Part shown: one piece after another, positions 38,621 to 52,040 of the stretch
How the letters are laid out: each line of letters begins with the position of its first letter
How positions within the stretch are numbered: position 1 is the stretch's first letter
Source of the DNA: Octopus sinensis
Taxonomy: Eukaryota
DNA length: 64,000 bases
Assembly: GCF_006345805.1 (NCBI RefSeq)
Contig: NC_043014.1
Location: 41,478,001-41,542,000, forward strand
Direction: 5' to 3'
Made by a program: the position numbers and the translations under genes
The notes under the pieces: generated by a model
Told to the model about the DNA's origin: nothing
The model's database searches: none
The model's input: the letters and a program-made list of their open reading frames with translations, nothing else

Positions 38621-39685
38621 ATGTATGTACGTAGCTAAGCAGGATATTTCATCTGGAGCTGATTTTTGCTTCTATCTATGTGAAATATCTTGCAAGTTTT
38701 TCGTAAATCTGACTCTAACAGACTTCTCAGCAATTATATCTGTGCAAACAATATGGTGGGACCTAAATATTTTGCGAGACGATTAACCCAAATTTATGTT
38801 TCTGCCCTCGTGGATTACGTATGAATATTCAAGATTTACTGGACATTACAATTCTACTACGGACTTTCCCTACTTCACTGGCGCATCTTTACTAACCATT
38901 AGCAATCAAACTATGCATATTCGTCTTACTTATCAGATAAACTTGCTACTAGTTTAGTAAAAGTAGATAGTCATATGTTAATAATTCGAGAGGAGAAACC
39001 GCATTGCGTTCGTTCAAATTTGAAGTTATAATGTTCAATTACGATTATATTATGTAATATAAATATTAATTGTGCAATCACATTATATATATATATATAA
39101 CATTTATTAATATTCTAAGCGTTAATTATCAATTCTGCATTCAACTAGAATGTGATATCTTGCTTCGTTAGATATTAGTGGATACAACTTGATTCTACAG
39201 AGAACTAATTTGTCGATAAATTCAAGTGGGAACTACTAGCGAGTGGATGAGGACACAACGTTCAGTAACATTTATATTAAATTTCAGAAAAGCGAGAAAG
39301 CCAAACAAAGTTCGTAACGGAGTCCTCGTCGGTTTCGACGATGACCAGTAAGATCTTCGTTGAGCTGAATTTCTCCTAAGTGTGAAATTAATGTGTAAGT
39401 TGGCTGAATATATCTGCAACAATTTAAGTATACGTAACACAATTTTGAGCTTCGTTGACTGATAGAACTATTGCCAAATATATCTGACATTATCCACAGA
39501 TATATGTACATCATGTTCTTGTCCCATAGTTTATTTGTACAGATATTTTAATTACAATTTAACTGAAATGCAAAACTATTAATAAGAAAACTTTTAATAT
39601 AAACCTTTCATCCTTTAGGGGTCGATAAAGTAAATACCAGCTCAGCATTGGTTCAATGTAATCGACTCACCTTCTCCACCGAAAT

Positions 39686-40525
39686 GTTAGTTAGTTAATT
39701 TTTTGGCTCAAAAAGCAAAAAGCAAGGCTATGTAGGGGGACATGGAGTTATGTACAGGGTGGTGTTCATGTAAAGAGTTCAGGCCACTTGTGGTCAAGGG
39801 AGACTTTGAACCGAGCGGTCATCGGCATCTTCGCTATCTCGTCCGGCAGCTTATTCCACGGATCCGCAACCCGGACGGAGAAAGCCCCTCTCCTTCGATT
39901 GAGATGAAATCATCGCAGATAGAGCTTTTCGGAGTGACCTCGCAGCCGCCGCTCTGGAGCAGGAGTGAAGAACAGCTCTTTCGAGAGGTTACACTTTCCG
40001 CTTATGATGTGAGCAAGAATGAGATCACCACGGCGTCGTCGTTTTTCTAGAGAATAAAGGTGGAGCGTCTTCAGCCTTTCTTCATAAGACAAATTCTTGA
40101 GACGAAGAATCATGCGGGTAGCCAGCTTCTGGACTCTTTCGAGATGCTGTATGTCTTTGAGGAGATAAGGAGAAGAGGCTTGAATCCCGTACTCCAATAT
40201 GGGTCTCACCAGCGTGACATAGAGCGTCGAATGACCGTCGAATCAAGAACAGAACTCCGTGTGCTTTGTTGGCAGCATGGACGCACTGGGCCGAAAGCGA
40301 AAAGGAGGAATCCACCAAGATACTCAGGTCCTTTACCTGGTCGGTCCTCTTCAGCAGCAGACGACCCGGCTCGAAATCAAGTTGAGTTGCAGGAGGAGAG
40401 CCAACATGCAGATGACAGCACTTTGACACGTTCAGACACAGGTCCCATTCGTTAGACCATCTCCAAATTTGGTGAAGGCATCGACGAAGATCCTCTATAT
40501 CACCGCGAGGAGCGACCAGTTTGAC
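39686..40525 (-). mobile_element. CR1-like LINE 3' fragment (pseudogene) with (TAAC)n-like tail, within a decayed SINE A
   Basis: RPILEYGIQASSPYLLKDIQHLERVQKLATRMI...SYEERLKTLHLYSLEKRRRRGDLI...RLRGHSEKL; also KCCHLHVG upstream. Confidence 0.88.
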
Positions 40526-40685
40526 ATCATCGGCTCTGTGCTAAAATATGAAACCAATTTAAACCTGGAAATGAGTAACGATACGAAAATACCAAGTCCG
40601 TTCTCGGTTGACTAATTACACAACAAAATTTTGATTCCATTTCTTATTTCATTTTCTCGATACCTTTACTCCATTGGCTAAATAT

Positions 40686-40988
40686 TGTTTGTTCCTTCTC
40701 GAGCCATGCCTGGCTCATGAGGGCCGGTTTCCCAGTAACCTTGGCGTATAGGTTCCCCACCTGGACGGGACATCGGTCCGTCGCTGGTGAGCTGCAAGAT
40801 ACAGGAGGAAAGAGTGAGAGAAAGTTGTGACGAAAGAGTTAGCAGAAGTTCGCCATTACCTTCTGCCGGAGCCGCGTGGAGCTTAGGTGTTTCGCTCATA
40901 CACATACACACCGCCCGGTCTGAGATTCGAACCCGCGATCCGTCGACCGCGAGTCCGCTGCTCTAATTACTAGGGGATATGCCTCCAC
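40686..40988 (-). mobile_element. SINE family E
   Basis: Reverse complement of 17355-17660. Confidence 0.85.
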
Positions 40989-42004
40989 ATTAGATAAATA
41001 GAGATACTTGAATCTCCAGTTTCATTATGTCATGCTTTACGCCTAAGTAAGAGACATTTGTTAGCATTTTTTATATTAGGTGGCAATCTGATAGAAAGTT
41101 TTGAGTTTGAGTTCAAATTCCGCCGAGGTCGACTTTGCCTTTCATCATTTCGGAATCGATAAAATATGTAACATCTTAGCATCAGGGCTGATGATATTCA
41201 CGTTAAACTGCCCCTTAAATTGCTGAACTTGTGCCAAAATTTGAAACGATCTCTAACCAGAACAACTTTGTAAATCACACAGTGACATTTCTCAAAATGA
41301 AGTTGAATTAAGAGAGTGGATTACAGATCATACAATTTTTCATCTAAATTAAAATTATCAAAAAGAATTAATTATTTCAATCGGATTGTGCATTCCTTAG
41401 AATAAAACTCATTGACAGAAACTTGATCATGTAGAAAAGGGAAGAAGAAGAAGAGGAGAAAACGCCCGTTACAGAAGACGAACAGCATGACCGAGAGAGT
41501 GCGCCACTAGCTTACTAATTAGACTGCTAACCTCATGGCACATGCTACACAGACTCCGGCCTGACGATAACGACCAAATCTACCATCTCTTGGGTCAAAA
41601 ATTAAGAATTAAAAAATTTCAATCTAATTTATTTTCTTCAAATGATTCTAATTGCCAATAATATTCACGTGCTAAATGAGGAAATTAAATTTTACTATTG
41701 TCTCTAATGTTGAAATTTTAATTTGATAAATAGATTAGAATTAAATATTTCAACTGGGGGCAGTAATTATAAGCAATTATAATAAAACATATGTAAAAAA
41801 AAATACCACGATTTGACTTCGGTCTTCATCGACTTATCGTTGACAGGAGCCGTAAAATTTGGCGGGAATTAAGCATGAGTAGATTAGGAAAGTAGCTCAT
41901 GTTATAGTAAGCGTGCTTCTTGAGCCGAGGCAGCTGTGACTGAGGGGAGGGGTACTTTGCTACGTATTATGTTGAACGTGAATATTGTATTGGTAGATAT
42001 ATAT

Positions 42005-42228
42005 ATCTGTTTCTTTATTATCCACAAGGGGCTAAACATAGAGAGGACAGACAAACGGATTAAGTCGATTACATCGACCCCAGTGCGTAACTGGTACTTA
42101 ATATATCGACCCCCGAAAGGATGAAAGGCAAAGTCGACCTCGGCGGAATTTGAACCCAGAACGTAACGGCAGACGAAATACGGCTACGGATTTCGCCCGG
42201 CGTGCTAACGTTTCTGCCAACTCGCCGA
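42005..42228 (-). mobile_element. SINE family A
   Basis: Complete core and head. Confidence 0.85.
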
Positions 42229-42257
42229 CCCCAAAATGTTTCGTGGCAGCCTCCGGA

Positions 42258-42292
42258 TGCCGAAACCCGGGATTGAACCGGGGACATCAGAG
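42258..42292 (-). pseudogene. 3' half of a tRNA-Phe-like sequence
   Basis: rc GTCCCCGGTTCAATCCCGGGTTTCGGCA resembles the eukaryotic tRNA-Phe T-arm and acceptor strand; no matching 5' half. Confidence 0.55.
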
Positions 42293-42489
42293 GTGAAACT
42301 AGGTGGCGGATTGCTGAGTGAAAATAACAGGAGATAGTTTTGAGAATGTGGGGATTTTCATCATAAAATGTTAGTGAAATTTTTGATCTTGTAAATGCTT
42401 CAATCATTTAACTGCAGCCATACTGTGGCACAGCTTTGAAGGGTTCTAATCGAAGGAACCGTCTCCATTACTTATCAATTTAAATACAT

Positions 42490-42804
42490 CACTTACCAAT
42501 TTGTGTGGGGCGCAGTTAAGCGGGAGATCAACAAAACTCCTTGTAACACCAAAGATGAATTGAAGGCAAGGATTATGGTAGTATTCACAATGTTAAACAA
42601 GGAGACCGTCCAGAAGAGTTGCAAGAGATTCCGAAGTCATCTGGAGGCCGTCGTTGAAGCCAATGGCGATTTTATTCATTAAATTTACTTTTTAGTATTT
42701 CAAGATATTGTTTATGAAATTTTGGTAAATATAGCTGTTAAAATGAGATGTCAGAGTCATTTTCATTTTTGTGTAATTTAGACGACAGTTTTTTCACCGC
42801 ACCA
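42490..42804 (+). mobile_element. Tc1/mariner (maT-like) C-terminal fragment with right end
   Basis: VWGAVKREINKTPCNTKDELKARIM...VQKSCKRFRSHLEAVVEANGDFIH*; ends ...CACCGCACCA then TA. Confidence 0.8.
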
Positions 42805-42826
42805 TATATATATATATATATATATA

Positions 42827-43105
42827 TCACGTGATCACGTGACCGACCAGACCATCAGATGTTGCTACACATCGCTGGTCACAATGCATTCGCATTGCTT
42901 TAGCCTTTGAATGACGCCACCTCACTGGCTAAGCGAGCAGGCCAACAGAAGAAAGAGTGATGAAAGAGCACAGCAGGGATCACCACCTCCTGCCTGAGCG
43001 TTGTGGAGCTTTTAGGTGTTTTCGCTCAATAAACACTCACAACGCCCGGTCTGGGAATCGAAACCGCGAGTCGGCCGCCCTAACCACTGAGTCATTGCGC
43101 CTCCA
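42827..43105 (-). mobile_element. Mosaic SINE: C head with F tail (ends GGTCACGTGATCACGTGA)
   Basis: rc head matches family C; tail matches 31140-31256. Confidence 0.8.
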
Positions 43106-43172
43106 AATATATGTATGTATGTATAGACAGACAGACAGACAGATAGATAGATAGATAGATAGATCTGTGTTC

Positions 43173-43208
43173 CTTTCTGTGGAAGAGCGTAGCCTCGAAA
43201 CATTAAAG
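43173..43208 (+). ncRNA. Hammerhead-like motif, family H4 (decayed); element about 43163-43300
   Basis: CTTT CTGTGGA A GAGC GTAG CCTC GAAAC ATT AAAG. Confidence 0.45.
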
Positions 43209-43769
43209 ACTTTTTCAATTCCCGAGCGTTATACTAACACATCTGCTTGTTTTCCACACCACCTGTCTTCGTATTTTGTTTTTTCGTGAATTCTCTCCCT
43301 ATATATATGTGTGTGTGTGTATATGTGCGTAAGACGGGCCTCTTTCGGTTGCCGTCTAGCAAATTTACTCAGAGGGGTTTGGTTGACCGAAAGTATCGTA
43401 GAAAACACACGCCCAAGCTGCCACGCAGTGCGATTGAACTTGGAATCAATCACGTTGCTGAGAAGCAAACTTCTTACCACAAAGCCACGCCTGGTTCCTA
43501 TTCAAGGAAAAGCTAAAAAGCAGTGTAATAACAATCATGTTAACAGAGCAACGCAAGAGGATGGTGTCGATGGCAACGGTAGACGTCATGAAATTCTCTT
43601 CATCCACGCATAAAATTCTCTTCATCCTCTCATATAAAACTAATCAAGCACACCAATTATAACTAATAAAACACAATTAATAAGTTGTAACCAGCCTCGC
43701 CTATAGACCACGATACTAATACCTACCGTCGCCTACTTTTTCAAAGATCACTACTAATCACCCAAAAGT

Positions 43770-43802
43770 ACTACTGTTACTAATAGTACCACCACCACCA
43801 CA

Positions 43803-43844
<42 letters not shown>

Positions 43845-44161
43845 GCTACTACTACTACTACTACTACTACTACACTACTACTACTACTACAGCTGTTGCT
43901 GCTGTGGCTGTGACGACTGTTACTACCACTTCTACTAATGTTACTACTACTGCTGCTGTTGTTGTTGTTGTGACTTCTACTACTACTACTACTATTGCTA
44001 CTAATAGTAGTACCATCACCACCACCACCACTACTACTACTGCTGCTGCTACCACTGCTAATGCTGATATGATGTTTGCTGCTTCGGCTTGTGTTTCAGC
44101 TGTTGCCTTTGACATTCCCACTATAACTATTAGTGCCACAAATACTACTACTACTATTATA

Positions 44162-44199
<38 letters not shown>

Positions 44200-44410
44200 A
44201 ACAACTACTACTACAACAACTACTACTACACCACCACTAAAGCTCTTACAACTACTATAACAACTACTACTAATATTATAACTACTACTACAACTAATAC
44301 TACCTCAAATGCTACAACTACTACTACTACTACTTCATTGACTACTACTACAACTACTACAACAACAACTATTAATACTACTACAACTACTACTACTACT
44401 ATTATTGCTA
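43770..44410. repeat. (ACT/ACA/ACC/GCT)n cryptic trinucleotide region
   Basis: Direct reading. Confidence 0.85.
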
Positions 44411-44630
44411 CGATTACGTCTGCTGATCACATCACTTCCTGCATCTGCTAACTAGAAGTCATTCTCGTTAACATGCAAAACAAAAAAAAGTGAAGCGATA
44501 TAAAAGACACACACACACACACACACTCCTCTCTCTCTCTCCTCTCTCTCTCCTCTCTCTCTCCCTCTCTCTCTCCCCTCTCTCTCTCACTCTCTCTCCC
44601 CCTCTCTCTCTCACTCTCTCTCCCCCTCTC

Positions 44631-44730
44631 NNNNNNNNNNNNNNNNNNNNNNNNNNNNNNNNNNNNNNNNNNNNNNNNNNNNNNNNNNNNNNNNNNNNNN
44701 NNNNNNNNNNNNNNNNNNNNNNNNNNNNNN
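44631..44730. other. Assembly gap (100 N) after a CT microsatellite
   Basis: Run of N. Confidence 0.99.
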
Positions 44731-46472
44731 AACATCGTCCCTTTGGTCTCCCACTGAAACATCTGCAGATAGGGGTGGGTACCCTCCATGAGGTCACATT
44801 ATCAGCTAGAAACACCAGTCAACTTTCTCTCAGAGGACGCCTCCACATTCTTAAAAAACACAGGAAGAATTCATTAGGTAATGCAGCTTATATACTGAGA
44901 AACAGATGGAACGGTTGCTGCCGGAATGCTTTTGATCATAAAGTGTCCTCTATCAGAGTTGAACTGGAACTAAATACAACAATAACAGATGTCAGTTACT
45001 ATGTGCACATTGTAAAAGTTTTTTGAACCCCTGCGAAAATCCCTGCTTTTAAAGCCGGCATTTCTTTTTCAAATCCGCTGCACTCCGTATGGTGTCGTTT
45101 ATAATTAATATTCGGTCGTCATTATAATTACCGTTAACAGTTAATTTACTGACACTCCGTACGTGTTAGATGTTTAATTCAATAAAATTCCTTGTTTCTT
45201 AATGATAAGATTTAACTAATGGTACAATCTTTTATTATTTGAAGTAAGATGATCATTTCCTGTATGTTTAGATCTGGTTTCAATTTAGTTTCAAACAGCT
45301 CCGTATTTCCTTTTTTTTTTCTTTTTAATTTCCATGTAAAGCTAATCCTACTCCGTTATGACCCTAATCAGCCTTCCTCTCTCTTTGTTGTTAATTTCCT
45401 CCTAATTATAAGGTTCTTTTGAATAGAAAAAAGAAGTAAACATGTAAATATAAAGACAAATAAAACGAAATAAAAGCTTTAAATGTTTCTTGAGGGAGAG
45501 GGAATAAATTTTTATGACGATTAGTCAATTTTAAAGTGCATTAGTCTCGTGAAGTTAAAATGACTTCAGCCAGGCGGCGAGTGCGGTTGGCCAGGTGTTT
45601 CTTTCTGGCTGAGCGATTCTCGCCATAAAACCAATTTTAGAAAAAAATATTTGAATGCAAAAGAAGTTTTTTGGGAGACCTTTTCACTTTGACCGACAGA
45701 TTTAAAAAATAATTTTTTGTAACTAAACACTATTAAATTTCATATACTGGTAGATGTGTCACATAAATCATCTTTTTCTCTTGGCGTTCTTGAGAAAATC
45801 CTGTAGTTTGCAAGCTATTTGTTGTTAAATTCCTCGAATTTCGGCAATTTCAACCAATCAGTGACATCTAATGAGGTGAATACAATTACTGCTGTTGTTT
45901 GAATCGGCATTTATACATTATTAATATATATTAATTATCAATTTATCGGCCTCCAAATGATGAAAAAATAAAATGACTACAAATTTAAATGAACGCAACA
46001 ATGTCACATTTCTGGATCTCTATCACTCCTGTCGAACCCCGACAGACTTCCATTATTATATACGTATGCATATAAATCACGTATGTATGTGTGTGTGTAT
46101 GTATGTAAATCATTATGCCAGGTCTATTTCTGTATAACTCACATATGCATGTATGTAAAATCATTATGTTAGATCTATTATGTTTACATTTTATTGAGTT
46201 CTTAAAATTTAACAGTGTTGCAACAGCAATGTGATCAAATAAAGCACCGTAAAATTACTCTCACACTAACACTGACACGTTATATTGATTTCAAATTTTA
46301 GCACAAAATTTCGTAGAAGAATAAGTCGAATACATTAATATCAATGTTCAACTGGTGCCTATTTTACCAATCCTAAAAGGGGACAGGCAAGCGAACCATA
46401 GCAGAATTTGATTACAGACCTATTAAATTAATAACGCCTCTTAAGACGGTGAGCTGGCAAAATCGTTAACAC

Positions 46473-46855
46473 GGCGCAGGAGTGGCAGTGTAGTAAGTAG
46501 CTTGCTTACCAACCACATGCTTCCGGGTTCAGTCCCACTGCATGGCACCTTGGGCTAGTGTCTTCTACTATAGCCTCGGGCCGACCAAAGCATTGTGAGT
46601 GGATTTGGTAGACGGAAACTGAAAGAAGCCCGTCGTATATATATGTGTGTGTATATGTTTGTTTGTGTGTATTTATCTCCCCCAACATCACTTGATAACC
46701 GATAATCACTTAGCGGTTCGGAAAAAAAGACCGATAGAATAAGTACTAGGCTTACAAAGAATAAGTCCTGGGGTCAATTTGCTCGACTAAAGGCGGTGAT
46801 CCAGCATGGCCGCAGTCAAATGACTGAAACAAGTAAAAAGAGAGTAAAAAGAGAA
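46473..46855 (+). mobile_element. SINE family B inserted after a SINE A head
   Basis: GGCGCAGGAGTGGC...GGCCGCAGTCAAATGACTGAAACAAG. Confidence 0.88.
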
Positions 46856-46867
46856 TATATATATACT

Positions 46868-47203
46868 TTCTTATTTATTTACTGCCCACAAGGGGCTACA
46901 CACAGAGGGGACAAACAAGGACAGACAAACGGATTAAGTCGATTATATATCGACTCCAGTGCGTAACTGGTACTTATCTAATCAACCCCGAAAGGATGAT
47001 GGGCAAAGTCGACCTCGGCGGAATTTGAACTTAGAACGTAACGGCAGACGAAATACCAATTTCTTTACTACCCACAAAGGGCTAAACATAGACAAAAGAA
47101 ACAAGGACAGACAAACGGATTAATTTGATTAATATCGACCCCCAGTGCGTAACTGGTACTTATTTAATCGACCCCGAAAGGACGAAAGGCAAAGTCGACC
47201 TCA
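46868..47203 (-). mobile_element. SINE A dimer, headless
   Basis: Junction GAAATACC|AATTTCTTTAC. Confidence 0.82.
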
Positions 47204-47877
47204 TACTTTCTAACGGCTCAATAATATCCTGAAAATGGGTACGTTTAAGTAATTTACACACAGAAACATGTACATACATATGTATGGATGTATATGTGTA
47301 TGTGCGGGCTTTTATGTGCTGAAAGTGTGTGTGTGTGCGGGCGCCTATGTCCGTGTGTCAATTAAATAAAAATGTACTCCTTTTCTGGATACCACAGATC
47401 CGTTGAAAAGCAGATATTTCTATAATTAACAGTATCGAAAATATTCACGTGCAATCGATCGATTCCTCCATTTTTTTCTTTTTTCATCTCCGCTTATTTA
47501 TTTATTTATTTTTTTTTTTGTCTTGCCACAGCGAAGAACTATTACAGGATATGTTTACATCAGAACTTAGATGCCTGTAGCATTCATCAAGGAAAAAAGG
47601 AAGAGCTGCAGTTATTTCGTAGGAGAGAAAAAAAAAAAAAAAACCATACTAACTTTCGGAATCAATGTACTGACACGTTTTGCAATCGCATGAAATGAAA
47701 CAAAAACAAAAAGAACAACAAAAAAAATAAAGAAAAGATATCTATCTTGCTTAGCCAAACAGTATTGCAGCGTCCGTTGAGATGGAGTTGATCAGGTTGA
47801 GTTATTTTGTCATCACGGACGACATTTGACACACACACACACATTTATTTAGATTTATATATATATACATATCGAAA

Positions 47878-47936
47878 TGTGTGTGCTTATATTACTGGCT
47901 TGTTGTCAGCAAGTCAGAAAGGAACCACACACATGC

Positions 47937-47991
<55 letters not shown>

Positions 47992-48058
47992 TATATATAT
48001 ATGCATGTGTGTGGTTCTTTCTGACTTGCTGACAAGCCAGTATATATAAGCACTCACA
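47878..48058. repeat. Inverted repeat (about 60-bp arms) centred on a (TA)n tract
   Basis: 47878-47938 and 48001-48058 are reverse complements with small indels; related fragment about 48385-48425. Confidence 0.85.
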
Positions 48059-48111
48059 TATATATATATATGCATATATATATATATATGTATGTATGTT
48101 CTATATATATG

Positions 48112-48161
<50 letters not shown>

Positions 48162-48341
48162 CATAATATATATGCATATATATATGCATATATATATGCA
48201 TATATATATACATATATATATATGCATATATATATTATATGTATATATTTATAACATATATATGTGTGTATGTATGTATATATATATGTATGTATATATG
48301 TACACGTATGTATGTATATATATGTGTATGTATGTGTAATG

Positions 48342-48382
<41 letters not shown>

Positions 48383-48744
48383 CCTGTAGTTCCTTTCTGA
48401 CTTACGGATAACTAGCCGGTGTGTGTGTATATATATATATGTTACATTATATTCCATATTATATATTGGACAGTGTGTTTGGTTATAATTTGAGAAATGT
48501 TATTTGATCTGCCTGCGTTTCTGTGATGCTACACATTACAAGCGGATTTCGCCTAGTGTAATTAGGATCTAAGAGCAGACAGAGCGAGCGAAAATAAGGA
48601 AATATGTCCTGTCATACATTTACAGTATATTAGCATCTTACACTAATGTAAAATTTTCTATTCTACGCTTGAGATAGCTGCAACCAAAGACGAATTCACA
48701 CAATCACTGCACTTAAAACCACATGCATATATATATATATATAT

Positions 48745-48935
48745 GTTGGTAGAGTTTACGAAAAAAACAAAAGACGAAGACAGGTGGTGTACAAAACAAA
48801 CAGATGTATTAGTGTAACGCTCAGGAATAGAAAAAGTCTTTTACGTTTCGAGCCTATGCTCTTCTACAGAAAGGGACACAGAAAAACAAGGAGAGAAAAA
48901 TTGTGTGTATTGGCTAACGATCTATCATGGCGACT
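48745..48935 (-). mobile_element. TA-embedded short element, family H4
   Basis: Homologous to 56728-56900 and rc of 43163-43300. Confidence 0.75.
48838..48873 (-). ncRNA. Minimal hammerhead-like motif with A6U core, family H4
   Basis: rc CTTT CTGTAGA A GAGC ATAG GCTC GAAAC GTA AAAG; helices I and II pair fully. Confidence 0.55.
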
Positions 48936-48950
48936 ATATATATATGTATA

Positions 48951-49011
<61 letters not shown>

Positions 49012-49086
49012 TGTAATAATAGTACTCATAATACACTTATATATACACACATATATACATTTATGCATATATATATATATAAATAA

Positions 49087-49915
49087 TGGCGGAGGGTAAA
49101 TTGTCGCCATTCTACACCTTAATTTCACGCATGCATATTGTTTTTGATTTTGTCGATTATAAAGTATAGTAGGGTCAGTTGGGCACCGTCGTGAAGAAAA
49201 CAGCACTATGACGCAATCCACGCTGCCAGAAATTTGGAAACGATATTCTGCTTGGCATTCACGCACATACATATACGAAAATTTCAGAGTACTTGGGTGT
49301 CAATCTGAGGACAGTGATGAAGATTCGGAAAAAGTTGGATGAATCTAATGGTGATTACGAAGGTAAGGCAGCTCGGAAAACTCACTCCGATCGTTCTGAT
49401 AAGAAAAGTACGCCTGAATTTGTTGGCCACAACCAGGCTATGATTGGCAACGTTATGGGTGTTTCTGGGATTCTTATTAGGCAGGCAGTGCAGGAACGCC
49501 TTTGGTATTCCTCATACAAGATGAGAAAGGGCCAATTTTTCTCCTAAATCATCAAGGACAAGAGGAAAGACCGCACTACGAAGCTTTTGAACAAACTCAA
49601 GCAGGCCCTCCAATCCAACATGTTTTGGTTTTTCTCAGACGAGAAAAATTTCTGCCAGGATCAGATGGTGAACACACAGAAGAACCGTTAGATTGCCGTG
49701 TCTCCAAAAAAAAATGTGCTGAGAGTGATAAAAATCAAACATCTAGTCAACATCATGGTGTTTCGTGTGATCACTAGTGATGGCGGTGCTAAGTCTCCTT
49801 TTATCTTCCCATACAACCTCAGACTCAACACGAAGGCTTACATCAAGTGCCTGGAGGAGGTAGTGCTGCCCTGGGTTAAGAGGGTGACTGCTGGAAAACC
49901 CTATGTCTGTCAACA
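49087..49915 (+). mobile_element. Tc1/mariner (maT-like) transposase pseudogene
   Basis: GVNLRTVMKIRKKLDESNGDY...FFSDEKNF...IMVFRVITSDG...FIFPYNLRLNTKAYIKCLEEVVLPWV...YVCQQ, with frameshifts. Confidence 0.85.
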
Positions 49916-50067
49916 GACGATAAAAACTTTTTTGGCCGATGACACTACATGGACCCTGAGTAAGGCATGTGTAAAATTTGAATGAAATTGGTTGTGTAGT
50001 TCTCAAATTTTAGGGATTCACACAGACAGACAAACAGACACACATTCTCATCTTTATATATATAGAT
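49916..50067 (+). mobile_element. Helentron/HINE-like 3' end
   Basis: GTAAAATTTGAATGAAATTGG...CAGACAGACAAACAGAC...CTTTATATATATAGAT. Confidence 0.55.
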
Positions 50068-50242
50068 ACCGATCAAATCAAATGGTCGCATGGAAAGAAA
50101 AAAAAACATATTGTTTATAATGATAATTAAAATTATATATAAGGGTATCTCAGCACTCTATGTTGTTTTAGCGTCAGGTTTTGACTGCAATTTCAAGCTT
50201 GTTGGTATCTCTTAGATACCATTATATATAATTTTATATATA

Positions 50243-50585
50243 TATGGCTGTGTGGTAAATTCTTGCTTACCAACCACATGGCTCCGGGTCCAGTACCTCG
50301 GCGTGGCATGTTGGGCAAGTTTCTTCTACTATAGCCTCTGGCCGGCCAAAGCGTTGTGGGTGGATTTGGTAGACGGAAACTGAAAGAAGCATGTCGTATA
50401 TATGTATGTGTTTCTGTGTCTGTGTTTGTCCTCCCACCATTACTTGACAACCGAAGTTGGTGTGTTCATATTCCCCGTAAATTAGCAGTTCGGCAAAGAG
50501 ACCAATAGATTAAATACTAGGCTTACAAAGAATAAGTCCTGGGGTAAATTTCTTCAAATGGCTGAAACAAAGAAAAGAATAAAAG
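50243..50585 (+). mobile_element. SINE family B, decayed
   Basis: Head, CORE-like block and shortened tail. Confidence 0.8.
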
Positions 50586-50589
50586 AATA

Positions 50590-50638
<49 letters not shown>

Positions 50639-50949
50639 CACACACACACATACATTTACAAACTGAACTCAGAAACAGTCTCGTATTCACACACATCCCG
50701 GAATTGCTTATATCATTGAACATTCAGAATATTTCTATGCCTCGCTTATCACACCCATAGTAAACATCCTAAATTTAGCAATTTGTTTGATTTCCTTTGA
50801 GATATTCCTGTATGAATTATCCAACAGAATATATATTTTCTATTCAAAGCTAATCCTCTAGTCACGACATTATACTGAAATATTCGCAATCATAAGTTAA
50901 AATAATATCCTCCTTAATTTTTATCTATATCTATCTATCTATCTATCTA

Positions 50950-50989
<40 letters not shown>

Positions 50990-51239
50990 TGCATGAAATA
51001 GAATTGCACGATAGAGCGTTGAGTATAATGCGTGTACGTACGTGGGGAGATCCTTCGCTGCGGGAACTTCCTATGGGATGGTTCTGGGCGGACTTTCTGC
51101 TCTTAGATGATCCGATGACATCATTCATAGCCCATTGTGTTTCCACATATGTTCTCTAAGAGGAAATGTTACTCGCGGGACTAATTCCACAGCAAGTGGT
51201 CTCCCCATGTTCGAATGTAATCAAGCGTATTAAATAATC

Positions 51240-51632
51240 TTGCACACACACACACGCGCACACACATTCATACATACAGACGTATATATATATATATATA
51301 TATGTATGCTTATATATATATATATATATACATACACATATATATGTTTATGCAAACCCTGATACACTTACGCGCACACGCACGCACGCACACGCACGCA
51401 CGCACGTAGATACTCACGCTGGCACACCCACGCACCCACACATACGTATAAACGCACACACAACTACACACACAAACACACACATACATATATATATGTT
51501 TATGCAAACACACATATACGCACACGTATACATGTGCTCGCACACAGTGCACACCCACACATACATATATACATACAGACATACACACACACACATATGT
51601 ATATACTTAGACATATATACATACACACACAC

Positions 51633-51669
<37 letters not shown>

Positions 51670-51910
51670 TTTTATTCAAACACAGATACACGCACACGAA
51701 CACACACGCGTACGTAGATACGCTAGCATACCCACGCACACACACAGACACATATACACACAAACACACACACACACTCACACACGCACATACGTGTGTT
51801 TATGCAAACGCACATACACGCACGCATATACACACGCTCGCACACACGCAAACACACACAAACACAAACACACACACACACACACACACACGCTCGCACA
51901 CACACACACA
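51240..51910. repeat. (CA)n/(CACG)n/(TA)n compound microsatellite
   Basis: Direct reading. Confidence 0.9.
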
Positions 51911-52040
51911 ACCATAAGAATTGAAAACTGTATTTTGTGATGATATTTTTCCTTTCTTAGTTGACAATTGTTTCAACGATTCCAAGCTGACTAATCTGCC
52001 TTATATTCATTAAGATGCACGTTATTAATGAACTAGTCAT

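Noticed and set aside
41183-41218. GGG CTGATGA...AAAC TGCCCC
   Set aside because: Explained as a decayed SINE A tail; no GAAA and no helix II.
43870-44260. Thr-rich ORF as a possible mucin-like exon of the CUB gene
   Set aside because: Degenerate (ACT)n repeat with frame shifts and no convincing splice sites.
44731-45026. Open frame after the N gap
   Set aside because: No recognisable domain; the ORF length is inflated by the gap and CT repeat.
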